This document shows, piece after piece, positions 27,983 to 38,401 of a DNA stretch of 64,000 bases. Within the stretch, counting starts at the first letter, position 1, and each line of letters starts with the position of its first letter. Under the pieces are notes generated by a model. It was given only the letters and a program-made list of their open reading frames with translations, ran no database searches and was not told where the DNA came from. Where the stretch lies: the NCBI GenBank assembly GCA_963719315.1, contig CAVRBU010000002.1, positions 1,664,001-1,728,000 on the forward strand, written 5' to 3'. A program made the position numbers and the translations under genes. The stretch comes from an uncultured Planctomycetota bacterium (GTDB taxonomy: Bacteria; Planctomycetota; Planctomycetia; Pirellulales; Lacipirellulaceae).

Positions 27983-29140
27983 TTACTCGCTAGCCACTTC
28001 TTCGCCGGCGATCGTCGCCTTGCCCTGATAAACCAGCATATCGATGTTTTCAGGGAGAAAAGTGGCTGACCCGTCGGCGAACAGGAAATTGCATCCGCCG
28101 GGGTGGTCGCTGCGGAAATTGCTGGCATAGCTTTTGCCCACGTTCGTGCCGTTTATCGCGTCCGGGTAGCTGTAGGGCTTACCTCGGCTGTCCGCGCAAG
28201 CAACTTTCGGATTTTGACTGTTTAAGGCCGCACTATCGATAAACGATTCAGTGACCGGGTTTTTGTTCATCGGGTCCACGGTGGCGGCGAAGATGCTGCT
28301 CAGCGGCCCCAGTTGACTTACGTAGGATGTGCTGTTGGGTTGTCCAGCGATCCAGGGGAACCAGGCGTAAGTGTCCCCTGTGGGACCATTGTCGACGCTG
28401 GTGCAGCGCGTCGCTGCCGTACCACTTATACCCCGACAAACCTTCCACTTGGGATCGCTGCTCGCTTCTCCCATGGCAATTGTCTTGCTCGTGCCATCGG
28501 TAATTTTCTTGATGGAGGCGCCCCAGCCGATGTTGAAGATTCCGTTTAGGTCGCGCCGCACAGGACCAGATTTGACTTCTAGCGAGCCCAGACCCGCCAC
28601 AATCGAGCTGCTATCGATGCAATACGCATCCGTGTTGCCTTTGCAATACGCGTAGTCGCTCGTCCCAAAGTTCGCGTTGCGGCTACCACCGAGTACACTT
28701 TGTAGGGGCTGATACAAGTAAGGATTTGGTTCCCCGCTCGAGGGGCAATTGAACATCGCGATCACCGTGTCGCCGACTCCGGCTTTCTGGTCGTACCAGG
28801 CTCGGCTTTGGTCGTAGAGGCTGTTCAGCAACGTCTCCTCCAGATAGGGAAGAATCTTCGTGTTCGCATTGGCGAAATAGCCGTCTGACGTGCCTTTGAC
28901 GAGCCACCCCTTGGGAAATGTGTTGTTCGAGTTTTCGTAGTTGAGCAGGCCGATGCCACATTGCTTGAGATTATTGATGCATTGCGATCGGCGCGCTGCC
29001 TCGCGGGCAGCTTGGATCGCCGGCAGCAACAGCGCGACTAAAATGCCGATGATCGCAATCACGACCAACAGCTCAACCAGCGTGAAACCTCTCGACAAAG
29101 GGCGACGAAAGACCATTATCATTCCTCCACGATTGCTCAT
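27983..29140 (-). CDS. DUF1559 prepilin-type N-methylation / H-X9-DG protein
   Basis: GFTLVELLVVIAIIGILVALLLPAIQAAREAARR; HPGGCNFLFADG. Confidence 0.96.
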   Translation of the reverse strand: MSNRGGMIMVFRRPLSRGFTLVELLVVIAIIGILVALLLPAIQAAREAARRSQCINNLKQCGIGLLNYENSNNTFPKGWLVKGTSDGYFANANTKILPYLEETLLNSLYDQSRAWYDQKAGVGDTVIAMFNCPSSGEPNPYLYQPLQSVLGGSRNANFGTSDYAYCKGNTDAYCIDSSSIVAGLGSLEVKSGPVRRDLNGIFNIGWGASIKKITDGTSKTIAMGEASSDPKWKVCRGISGTAATRCTSVDNGPTGDTYAWFPWIAGQPNSTSYVSQLGPLSSIFAATVDPMNKNPVTESFIDSAALNSQNPKVACADSRGKPYSYPDAINGTNVGKSYASNFRSDHPGGCNFLFADGSATFLPENIDMLVYQGKATIAGEEVASE

Positions 29141-29652
29141 GCCCGATTCGGCCGATCAGCAGCAAATGAGAACGACCGCCGGGCCTACCGCCTGGGTCGT
29201 TCGGATCAATCTCCAGGTCCATGGAAGCCGATGCTAAACCTGTTTGCGTATCAAAAGCGCGACGAGTTATTGAAGAGCGTCAATCCCCAACGAGTGCCGC
29301 GGTTCCGAAGCGGCTTCGGACGAAAACCGGTTTCAAAAAGACCGATGCCACCTGTCATCCCAAGCGAAGCGAAGGGACTTACGTGCTGGCAGGCCAGAAT
29401 CTGTGCCTGACTTTGCACGACAGCACCTTTCTATTCGACGGTTTGGGAACTGTTTCTAATAATAATCTACCAGATCGCGTTACAAATTGCACTACTTTCT
29501 TGCGTTTGCGCTTCGAATCCTCATATAATCGTGGTGGTTCCGGGGCGTTTTCGCTCGCCGGCGGCCTGGCACGTCGAGAATCCATTCCAACCAAGAGCGT
29601 CTGCGCCCGTTATTCCATCACTTCCTCGTCCAAAACCGCTGGAGATATTCCC

Positions 29653-30889
29653 ATGAAATGCCCTATTCGTCGTAGCTGGCAATTGGTGTGCCTGTTGCTG
29701 CTGGTGGGAGGAATTGCTCGGGCAGATGAAAAGCAAGATGCCGTGCGGTCGGGCTTCGCCGAGAAGGTGTCGAATAACGCTCTCTTTGCCCGGCCGGCCA
29801 CCGACAAGGGGAGCGGCACGCGCTTTGATCTGGTCAATGGAGCGGCCCAGGTACCGGTCGTTGTGGTGCGGGGAACGCCCTATGAAATGGGTTGGCATTT
29901 GGGACAGCTCACGCGTAAGGAAATGCAGGCGTTTATCCCCCCGGCACTGGTCGGCGTGGCCCGCGAGTTAAAAGTTTCTCAAGACGTGTTGGAAGAGGTA
30001 TGGGCTCGTTCGGCCGCTTATGCCGACGATCGGGTCGAGCAAGAAATGGCTGGCTTGGCCGACGGGTCAGGCGTACCTTTGCGGACGTTGCAGGCGATCC
30101 ACGCCGTTCCGCTCTTGATGCCCTATTCATGCAGCAGCATTGCGGCATGGGGCCAGGCCACGGCCGATGGGCATTTGTATCAGACGCGCAATCTCGATTG
30201 GAGTCTCGAGGTCGGAGCCCATGAATATCCAGTGATCGTCGTCTATGTGCCGGACCACGGCATTCCCCACGTGGTGCCCAGCTTCGCCGGAGTGATTGGA
30301 GCCCACACGGGCCTCAACGCTCGCGGAATCGTGCTGGCCGAGATGGGCAACGCGCCTGCCAAAGAAGTGCCCTATCAGGTCCATGCGCCACATTTCACGG
30401 TGTTTAATCGTACGCTGTTGTACGATGCCGATTCATTGACTCGGGCGTTGGATATCTTTCTCGCCCTGCCAATGACGAAGCGGTATCACTTCGTATTTGG
30501 AGACGGCCTGAATGAACATCGCGCGGTGAAGATCCGCGCATTCACCCGAGCCGCCCAATCGCCGCGTCGTGGTCTGGAAGGACAACGATCCGACCGATGA
30601 ATTTGCTCCTAACGTGCTACCGTGCGTGGTCTACAACGACGAAGGCCGCGGCGCTTTTCCCACGATCAAGAAAGAGTATGGGAAGCTGAACGGAGAAAAA
30701 CTGATCGAGCTTGCGAATCGGATTCCGATCAAAGGTGGCAATGTCGAGAACGCCGTTTATGATGCCACTGGTTTGAGGCTCTGGGTCTCTTATGCCAAGG
30801 GCGATCAAGAGGCGTACCAGCGACCATACGTGTACTTGGATTTGAAAACGCTGGACGCCGATCACGATGGTACGCCGGATTTCAAATAA
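29653..30889 (+). CDS. C45 family Ntn-hydrolase / acyltransferase (frameshift near 30540)
   Basis: Signal peptide, GTPYEMG, CSSIAAWG (Cys nucleophile), RNLDW, GLNARG. C-terminus in ORF 30569-30889. Confidence 0.85.
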
Positions 30890-30900
30890 ACTGTTCGTGT

Positions 30901-31189
30901 CTCTTGCTGATTGCGCGTTCCCGTGGGCTAAGCCTTGAAGAGTATCTGGCTGAGCTTTTATTTCGGGAGAGGAAGCGATTCGACTGATTGAGGCCGAGAC
31001 CGGTCCAGGCAATCCTTCCTATCAGGGAACGTATTCGCGAGAAGACATCTACTTTAACCACGACTGATGACTTACCTCGTGGATACCGGCGTCCTATTGA
31101 GGGTCTTCGCACTCAATACTCGCGACTTCCAGCGATACCCTGAGATTTCGGCCGCAACTCCCGCGAGTGCTGTCGCTGAAACCAAGTAA
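30901..31189 (+). pseudogene. Decayed VapBC-type toxin-antitoxin pair
   Basis: Antitoxin-like pieces ARSRGLSLEEYLAELL and TYSREDIYFNHD*. TGATG coupling to a 40-aa ORF (31067-31189), MTYLVDTGVLLR-VFA-LNTRDFQRYPEI, i.e. PIN N- and C-termini without the core. Confidence 0.7.
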
Positions 31190-31207
31190 GGAAATTGTCT
31201 ACCCCAG

Positions 31208-31822
31208 ATGTTCCTTTCCTTCGATGGCATCGATGGAACGGGGAAGTCGACACAAGTCGGCCTGTTGGCGGACGCGCTGCGCGGTCGCGGGCGTGAAGTT
31301 GTCGTCTGCCGCGATCCGGGCAGCACGCCGCTGGGGGAGCGGATTCGAGAGGTGCTGCTCGCGAGCGACGCCGGGACGCCGATTGGCCGGCGGAGCGAGA
31401 TGTTGCTGTATATGGCGGCCCGAGCCCAACTCGTCGAGGAAGTCATTCGCCCTGCCCTCGATGCCGGCCGGACCGTCGTTGCCGACCGTTATATCCTGGC
31501 AAACGTGGTGTATCAGGGCCACGCGGGTGGGATCGATCCGGAGGAAATCTGGCAGGTGGGGCGGGTGGCGACGCAGGGGCTGATGCCGGATTGCGTGTTT
31601 TTGTTGGATATGGCGCCCGAGGGTGCAGGTGTCCGGCTCAATCGACCGTTGGATCGCATGGAAAGCCAGGGAGAGGACTATCGCCGGCGGTTGCGGGCCG
31701 GGTTTTTGAAGGAAGCCGACGGCTGCGACCGGATTTACGTGATCGCCGCCGACCGACCGGTGGAGGTCGTGCAGGCCGAAATCTGGCGAATAGTGACCAA
31801 AATGCTGGGGTTCGACGAATAG
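31208..31822 (+). CDS. tmk: Thymidylate kinase
   Basis: DGIDGTGKST, LLYMAARAQ, DRY...VYQG. Confidence 0.96.
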   Translation: MFLSFDGIDGTGKSTQVGLLADALRGRGREVVVCRDPGSTPLGERIREVLLASDAGTPIGRRSEMLLYMAARAQLVEEVIRPALDAGRTVVADRYILANVVYQGHAGGIDPEEIWQVGRVATQGLMPDCVFLLDMAPEGAGVRLNRPLDRMESQGEDYRRRLRAGFLKEADGCDRIYVIAADRPVEVVQAEIWRIVTKMLGFDE

Positions 31823-32091
31823 CGGTCGGCCGGCGCGATTGTCCACAGCCAGGGGACAGTTTCCCTTTTTCGTCGCAACGCTCGAATACGCCCGGGTTGT
31901 CTCATTCGACATACGAAGATTGACGGAATTTTTCGAGAAGACTAGAATTCCTGGCCAGATACCGCGCGTGGCGGTGATTCGGCTGAGGAACGACGGACAG
32001 GCGGCCGAGTCGCGCTAAGGACAGTTTGGAGGACAGGCGCCGAATCGAAATTACCGGCAACAAATCCTCTCGAACCCACACGGTGTGAAGG

Positions 32092-33035
32092 ATGGACCTC
32101 CGCAGGGAAGATCTCAAGCGGACAACTCGCGCACCGGCCAAACTCAATCTCTTCTTAGATTTGTTGGGCCGCCGCGAGGATGGCTTCCATGAAGTGGAGA
32201 CCATCATGGTGCCGATTCGGCTAGCCGACTCGGTCACATTTCAGCCGGTTCGTCCCGCCGATGGCAACGTGCCCGGTGAGGTACTGCTGGACGTTTGTGC
32301 TTGTGCGCCCTGCGCTCGCCGCAAGAAAATGCGGTTATCCCTTCGGGTCCGGAAAACCTGGTCGTCCGCGCGCTCAAACTGCTCCAAGAACGCAGCGGCT
32401 GCGAACAAGGCGCTCGGGTGGAGCTGGTGAAACGCATTCCGGCGGCGGCAGGGCTGGGAGGCGGATCCAGCGACGCAGCCGCGGCGCTGCGTTTGGCCAA
32501 CCGGGGTTGGCAACTTCACTGGAGCGACGAGCGGCTGGCCGAATTGGCCGCCGAAATCGGCAGCGATGTTCCGTTTTTTCTATCCAGCGGTGCGGCTTTA
32601 TGCCGCGGGCGCGGGGAGCGTGTCGAACGCTTGCCGCCGCTTAAGCCGCTCGATTTGGTGATCGTCAAGCCGCCTGTTGAATTTGCTACTGCGGACGTTT
32701 ATCGAACTTATGATGCCTTGCCGGAACAATCGGCAAACTCGACGGGCGAAAGCGGTGGAGTGTCGGAGTTCGTCGCTGGGCTGGCAGGTGGTCGAATTCG
32801 AGACCTTGGCCGGCGCATGCGGAATGCTCTGCAGAAAGCCGCGAGTTCGATTTCGCCGTGGGTCGATAAGTTAAGGATTGTGTTCGACGGACAGGACTTC
32901 GTCGGGCACCAGCTTTCGGGCAGTGGGTCAGCCTATTTTGGCGTTTGCCGCTCTGCACAGCACGCAGCGCGGTTGGCTAATATCCTTCGAACGCAGCAAT
33001 TGGGACTCGTCTACGCCACACGCAGTTGTCGGTAG
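32092..33035 (+). CDS. ispE: 4-diphosphocytidyl-2C-methyl-D-erythritol kinase (frameshift near 32300)
   Basis: [39 protein letters not shown]. Confidence 0.93.
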
Positions 33036-33061
33036 TTCGCGCCGAGCGCAAGGAGAATACC

Positions 33062-33700
33062 GTGGAGATCACCGAGGTTCGCATCAAGCTCATGGAAGAG
33101 CCGGGAGAGCGCCTGAAAGCATTTTGTTCGATTACTTTCGATAATTGCTTTGTCATCCGGGATTTGAAGATCATCGACGGCTCGAATGGCCCGTTCGTTG
33201 CGATGCCGAGCCGCAAGCTTACGGCCCACTGCCCCGGCTGCGGGATGAAAAATCATCTCCGGGCCCAATACTGCAATCAATGCGGCAAGCGGCTGGCCGA
33301 CGCCCGGGCGCCGAAAGACGCCGAGGGGCGGGCGAAGTTGTACGCCGACATCGCGCATCCGATCAATTCATTTTGTCGCGAGATGATTCAAGAAGTTGTC
33401 GTCAACGAATACTACGACGAGATCGAGCGCGCGAAGCAACCCGGTTATGTTTCGCGCTACGATGATTTTGATTTCGAGTACAGTGACTCGCCTCGGAGTC
33501 GTCCGGCGCGGTTCGATCAACCGCATGCGCACCCGGCGGAGCAGCCGCATGGGCGGCTGAACGCGAAGGGTCCAGTGGCCTCGGAGAGCGGCGGAAAGCC
33601 GCATTTTCGCCGCGATTCCGCGGCGGATTCGCGCGATGTGGCCGCGCCGCCCCCGCCCACGACGGGCAGCGGTTTTGGCGCCGGGATCTTTTCGGAATAG
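33062..33700 (+). CDS. spoVG: SpoVG family protein with Zn-ribbon insertion
   Basis: [37 protein letters not shown]...CNQC. Confidence 0.92.
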   Translation: MEITEVRIKLMEEPGERLKAFCSITFDNCFVIRDLKIIDGSNGPFVAMPSRKLTAHCPGCGMKNHLRAQYCNQCGKRLADARAPKDAEGRAKLYADIAHPINSFCREMIQEVVVNEYYDEIERAKQPGYVSRYDDFDFEYSDSPRSRPARFDQPHAHPAEQPHGRLNAKGPVASESGGKPHFRRDSAADSRDVAAPPPPTTGSGFGAGIFSE

Positions 33701-34158
33701 GCGCGAAACGATCGCGCTCGAAAGCGTTTCACGCGCGCTTGCGCGCGTTGGCGAAAGCAATTCACGCGCGAGCGCGGTGCAATCGTTTGATTGCGTATTG
33801 GTAAACCGACGTGCGCAAGCATTATCAACGCGCTAGTTGATCGCAACGATAAACATGTTGCGCGCCATTTTGCCCGTCTATCCCAATTATCGAAGTCCAC
33901 CAAAAGTGTGCACGCTCGCCGACCGATATATTTTGTGCGGACGGTACGGTGCGGCTATCTCTCAGACTGGGGCCGGAACCCCCAACACGAACGGCGAGAC
34001 GAATCTGGCAGATTCGCTCGCGTTCATCCCCCGGCATTAACCAGCGTACGGATTTGCGGCCAAGTGGCCCCTTGCGGCTACAGGTACGCGCCGAACGACC
34101 GCCAAGGAATAAATATCGATCAGCATAGAAATCCATAAACATAAAGGTTTGCTTCCTC

Positions 34159-34464
34159 ATGCCGACGGAAATTCAGCGGCTTGATGACTTACACTCCCTA
34201 CGACGTTATGTAACTGAAACCCTGTGCGAAAAGGACCAACTCGAAACCAATTCGTTTCCCTTGTATGAAAAAGTGCTGGTGCGAGGCGGATCGCCCTGCG
34301 GCGTGTACTTCTGCCTCTACGGCCCCCGTTCGCTGTACCTCGCGGCAATTTGGGAGACCGACAGCAATACGATTTTGTTTTACGGTTCGCGCGGCGAGCG
34401 GTTCCGCAAGACGCAACTGATAGCAGCACCCCGAATCGACGACGTAGTCGGCTCGCCACAATAG
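34159..34464 (+). CDS. Hypothetical protein
   Basis: 101 aa, protein-like composition (CGVYFCLYGPR, IWETDSNTILFY); directly upstream of csrA. Confidence 0.7.
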   Translation: MPTEIQRLDDLHSLRRYVTETLCEKDQLETNSFPLYEKVLVRGGSPCGVYFCLYGPRSLYLAAIWETDSNTILFYGSRGERFRKTQLIAAPRIDDVVGSPQ

Positions 34465-34638
34465 ATTTACGGCGGATTGATCGGGCATCAGAACGCCACG
34501 TTCGGCGTGCCCGGCGATGTCAGGGACGATTCATATCGGCTTGGGGAAGTTTCTCTCCGAGGCCAGACTTGACCAGCACCGGGCAGTGGTTTACTATACA
34601 TAGTTACACTGCCCGCTATAAATACACGGAGGTTGGCG

Positions 34639-34857
34639 ATGCTTGTTCTATCCAGGAAGGAATCCCAGCGGATTCGATTGGGCGATTCCATCGTAATCAC
34701 GATCGTGAAAATCTCGGGAGATAAGGTGCGGGTCGGGATCGAAGCTCCCAGCAACGTGCTTGTGCTGCGGGATGAATTGGAAGCGCACGCCCCGGCGGTC
34801 GAGGGCAAAGAGCTGACGCAAGCAGTCGAAGCGGCGGCCTTGCGACACTCGGCATGA
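34639..34857 (+). CDS. csrA: Carbon storage regulator
   Basis: MLVLSRK..Q.IRLGDSI.I......GDKVRVGIEAP..V.VLR.E. Confidence 0.95.
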   Translation: MLVLSRKESQRIRLGDSIVITIVKISGDKVRVGIEAPSNVLVLRDELEAHAPAVEGKELTQAVEAAALRHSA

Positions 34858-34929
34858 ACCGCATTTCGCAGTCGCTTGCTGTTAATCGCTAAGCCGCGAG
34901 CATGGATTGCGCCGGCCGGCGCAAATAAC

Positions 34930-34967
34930 AACGCCGTCGCAGCCAAGTGTGAGGCTGCGACGGCGTT
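34930..34967. terminator. Hairpin between convergent genes
   Basis: AACGCCGTCGCAGCC / GGCTGCGACGGCGTT, 15-bp stem. Confidence 0.7.
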
Positions 34968-35007
34968 AGTGCTTTAAGGGGCCGTGCCCGAAACCGGCGC
35001 GACTCCG

Positions 35008-35238
35008 CTAATCGCGGGGGCGAATCGCGCCCGTAAGACCGCTATAGTCGCCGCGGTCGTCATCGTGCCAGAGAGGTTGTCCGCGCCGAACGCGGTCGGC
35101 CAAAATCTCGAGCTTCTCGCGAGTGCCGGCCGGCGCCTGGGTGGCCTTGAAAGCGTCATCTCGTTTGGGGGCGAAATCCTCATCGTGGCCATATTTGAGG
35201 ATCGCCTCAAATACGTTTTTGAGAGTAGGATCGGGCAT
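35008..35238 (-). CDS. Small hypothetical protein
   Basis: 76 aa, AAGGA RBS, T.APAGT.EKLEILA.R...GQPLWH.DD. TTGACA-16-AATAAT at 35450-35423. Confidence 0.7.
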   Translation of the reverse strand: MPDPTLKNVFEAILKYGHDEDFAPKRDDAFKATQAPAGTREKLEILADRVRRGQPLWHDDDRGDYSGLTGAIRPRD

Positions 35239-35708
35239 AGTTCGAATTCCTTAAAGTTTGTAGACCGAGATCGTCGCGGTTTGTAACGCGAGGCGAGCGG
35301 GCATCCAAGTCGCCGCATTTAGGGAGAATTCAGTTCCGCAGCCGGCCAAGTAAATAATCAGGTGGGTGCGTCTTTGGTGGGTGGCCGGCTGAGCAGTTTT
35401 TTAACGCTGCCTTGATCAAACGATTATTGTCGACCCCAGTCCAATGTCAAGTTTTTTCACCCCATCAAAAACGGTCATTTTCCTGGCAGGCGACGTTTGA
35501 CGTAAAACCTTGCGGTTTGGGCAAATAGGCCGGCTTTGGGGCACGAAATCAGGCCGAAATCCGGGGCGGATGTCGGACTCCTGCATTAGTAAGTATGCTG
35601 GTCGGCGGCCAAAGGTTCGCGCGAATCAAAGAATTCTTCGACTCTGTTCGGGCTGGGAGGAAACTTTCAGCGAATTCGAGCCCCCCCGGTTGGTTTCAGT
35701 GGTTTATT

Positions 35709-36134
35709 ATGCCCTGGATACAGCAAACACTTACGCTGCCGGCCATGTCCCGCGGATTTCATCTCATCACGCGGGAGGTGCTTGCCGCCGTGACGGAGCT
35801 AGCGCAGATCGAGACGGGCCTGTTGCACGTGTTCATTCAGCACACGTCGGCGTCCCTCACGATCAACGAGAACGCCGACCCCGATGTGCCGGCGGACTTG
35901 GAGAACTCGTTCTCGGCAATCGCGCCAGAGGATTTTCCGTATCGCCACACTTGCGAAGGGCCCGACGATATGCCGGCCCATGTGAAGGCCGCCCTATTGG
36001 GCAGCAGCGTGTCGATCCCGGTTGCCGCGGGCAAGCTGTGCCTGGGCACTTGGCAGGGGATCTATCTGTGTGAGCACCGGGAGCGCGGCGGGCGGCGGAG
36101 GTTGGTGGTGACTCTGTGGGGTGAGGGGAAGTAG
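35709..36134 (+). CDS. yjbQ: YjbQ/UPF0047 family protein
   Basis: HTSASLTINENADPDV, EGPDDMPAHVK, LGTWQGIYLCEHR. Confidence 0.95.
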   Translation: MPWIQQTLTLPAMSRGFHLITREVLAAVTELAQIETGLLHVFIQHTSASLTINENADPDVPADLENSFSAIAPEDFPYRHTCEGPDDMPAHVKAALLGSSVSIPVAAGKLCLGTWQGIYLCEHRERGGRRRLVVTLWGEGK

Positions 36135-36215
36135 GTCCCGCTTGCCGAGCGGGACCACACAAAAGTCAATATCGTTCGCGAGTCGCTCAGGTCCCTTCCG
36201 GCAGAAGGGACCTAC
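36131..36215. repeat. REP doublet filling the gap between two convergent stop codons
   Basis: GTAGGTCCCGCTTGCCGAGCGGGACC ... GGTCCCTTCCGGCAGAAGGGACCTAC. Confidence 0.88.
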
Positions 36216-37810
36216 TACGCAGTGCGGTCGAAGTAGGAGAAGCTGCCCTGGATTTGGGCCCAGGTCATCGTGACGAGGCCGTAGGACGTACCCCACGGGT
36301 TGAATAGCGTCACGGTTTGGTTCGAGGCGTTGTAACTCAGGACCGCGTAGGCGTGATTGCCGACGACGGAGCTGGAAGCGGGCGTGGACTTCGAGGCGAA
36401 GCCGATTGATTTGCCCTGGTTGTACGCGTTCACAAAGTTCGTGAAGCTGGACGTGCCTGCCGTTGAGGCGAACGCGATGGTGGATTGGCCCGAGATTTGG
36501 CCGAGTGCGGCGTAGATGTAGCCACCTTCGATGCCCGAGTAGGCGTTTTGGCCGTTGCCGGGCAGGCCAGGGCGTAGCCAGCCCATTTCGTTGATCTGCA
36601 CGTAGGCTTTCTCGGCCAGGGCAGTCCAGAGCTCGTTGGCGGTGTTGTTGTACGCGGCGCCCAGGCTGGCGTAGATCAGTCGGCCAGCGCTGTCGGTGGG
36701 CAGATACGAGTCAACGGTGACGTAAGCGGCCTGACCGCCGTTGTAGAACTTCACGGTGTACGTGCCATCGCCGTTGGCGACGAACATGTTGGCGATGGCC
36801 GACGGGTTTTTGAGTGCGGTTTCGGCCAGCGACGTCATGAAATAGCAGTCACCCAGATAGCCCTGCTTGATGTCGGCATACGTTGCGCCGCCGACGAACA
36901 ATTGGCCGGCGATCTGGCGATAGGCGCCGCCTGCCGTGGGGCGATCTAGGCCCAAAAACCACTTGTTGATCAGGTTGTCCATCTGGGCGGTCGTGGAGCC
37001 GGCGCCGAGGTTGCCGAGCGACTGCCCCTGGTATTTTGCGTTGGCAGCGTTGCCCGATACGATATAGGTTGAGAGCTTCCACACGTAGTCGAACGTGCCA
37101 AACAACGAGGAGTTGCCGGAGATCGCTTGCAGGTCGGTAAACTCGGTCGCGTCGACCGTGCCGCCGTCCTCGACGCTTTTCAGGAGGGCGATCATGTCGT
37201 TGCGGTCGATGAGGTCGTCGGCGTACAGATTGTGACCGAGCGTGCGGAGCGCGGCATCAACCACGTGCGAGTCGAACCAGTTGCTGGACGAGGACGAATT
37301 ATTGTCCCAGCTCAACTCGATGCCATCTAAAAAGGCCGCACCGAGTGTGGAAACCGAGAGAGTATGCGGTTTGCCGTTGAGCGTCACGTCGTGGCCATCG
37401 GCGAGGTGTATCAAGTCGAAGCCCGCGCTCGGTTTAACCGTAATACTTTCGGACAGAGCTTGCGTCCCTCCATTCGAGAGGCTGTCGAACGACACCGTGT
37501 CGTTTCCCTTTTTCGCATCAATCGTAATCGAGTTGACGCTAGCGGACGACCACGAGCCCTTCACGCCGGCGATTGAGATCACACCAGCGGTTTGGCAAAA
37601 GTTGAGTGCGTCGTTGTGCTTCGTACCGGAGACTTTCAGCACGCCGGATTTGAGCGTGGCCGAAACGGCCATCATCTCGCGTCGTTCGAGATCTTCGAAT
37701 TGAAGATGGCGGGAACGAACTGGGCGGGAGTTCTTCACGGCGACCCTACGAAACATGCGCCTGTGCGAGACGCGTGAAAAGCGATCTGCCCGTCGAAGAC
37801 GGTCACTCAT
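36215..37810 (-). CDS. Calpain-like (peptidase C2) cysteine protease with planctomycete export-type N-terminus
   Basis: RHLQFEDLERREMM; QGYLGDCYF, EKAY, NHAY, NPWG catalytic triad motifs. Start could be 37756. Confidence 0.9.
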   Translation of the reverse strand: MSDRLRRADRFSRVSHRRMFRRVAVKNSRPVRSRHLQFEDLERREMMAVSATLKSGVLKVSGTKHNDALNFCQTAGVISIAGVKGSWSSASVNSITIDAKKGNDTVSFDSLSNGGTQALSESITVKPSAGFDLIHLADGHDVTLNGKPHTLSVSTLGAAFLDGIELSWDNNSSSSSNWFDSHVVDAALRTLGHNLYADDLIDRNDMIALLKSVEDGGTVDATEFTDLQAISGNSSLFGTFDYVWKLSTYIVSGNAANAKYQGQSLGNLGAGSTTAQMDNLINKWFLGLDRPTAGGAYRQIAGQLFVGGATYADIKQGYLGDCYFMTSLAETALKNPSAIANMFVANGDGTYTVKFYNGGQAAYVTVDSYLPTDSAGRLIYASLGAAYNNTANELWTALAEKAYVQINEMGWLRPGLPGNGQNAYSGIEGGYIYAALGQISGQSTIAFASTAGTSSFTNFVNAYNQGKSIGFASKSTPASSSVVGNHAYAVLSYNASNQTVTLFNPWGTSYGLVTMTWAQIQGSFSYFDRTA

Positions 37811-37932
37811 TTACGAGAGCAAGGAAAAGCGTTGACCGACAAAGCGGTTGACGTGGTTGGACGCCACACGGACTATCCAATCGAAAACGTAGGTCAGATT
37901 CGACCGGGCGTCAAACGGGGAGACGGAGCTGG

Positions 37933-37996
37933 GTAGCTGAAGTCGCAAGACTTCAGGTAAAGGCGGCACATTCGGAATTCTTGCGAATTCCGCTAC
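37933..37996. repeat. GTAG-type REP doublet
   Basis: GTAGCTGAAGTCGCAAGACTTCAG ... GGAATTCTTGCGAATTCCGCTAC. Confidence 0.75.
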
Positions 37997-38020
37997 GAAT
38001 TCATGCACATGATTACGCGG

Positions 38021-38401
38021 CTAGCGTCGTGAAAGCACGCCAATCGTGCGTTGCAGCGCGATGGCCATCAGAAAGGCGCTGGCGATCAAGTCGAGGGCCT
38101 GGCACGCGTCCAGGCTATTGCCGGTGGAGTACGCGGCGTGGAATGTAGCTCCAATGAACAGGCCGTAGAGGGCCGCATAGGTAGCGGCGTGCAGCAGAAC
38201 GATGGATACGAGGGCGGGCGAGCTGCGGAAACGGGCGAGCGTGGCTTCCGTTGCGCCGAGTGCCAGAATCGCGAAGGCCGTTACGACCGGCACGGCCGGA
38301 ATCCAGGTCGCGGCGATCAAGATTGCGAGTCCCGCGCCGATGAGAAACGCCGAAGAACTGGCAAAAGCAGCCGTGCGCGATTGAAGAACTGTGCGATTCA
38401 T
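38021..38401 (-). CDS. Hypothetical membrane protein
   Basis: 126 aa with about four hydrophobic segments. Confidence 0.6.
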   Translation of the reverse strand: MNRTVLQSRTAAFASSSAFLIGAGLAILIAATWIPAVPVVTAFAILALGATEATLARFRSSPALVSIVLLHAATYAALYGLFIGATFHAAYSTGNSLDACQALDLIASAFLMAIALQRTIGVLSRR

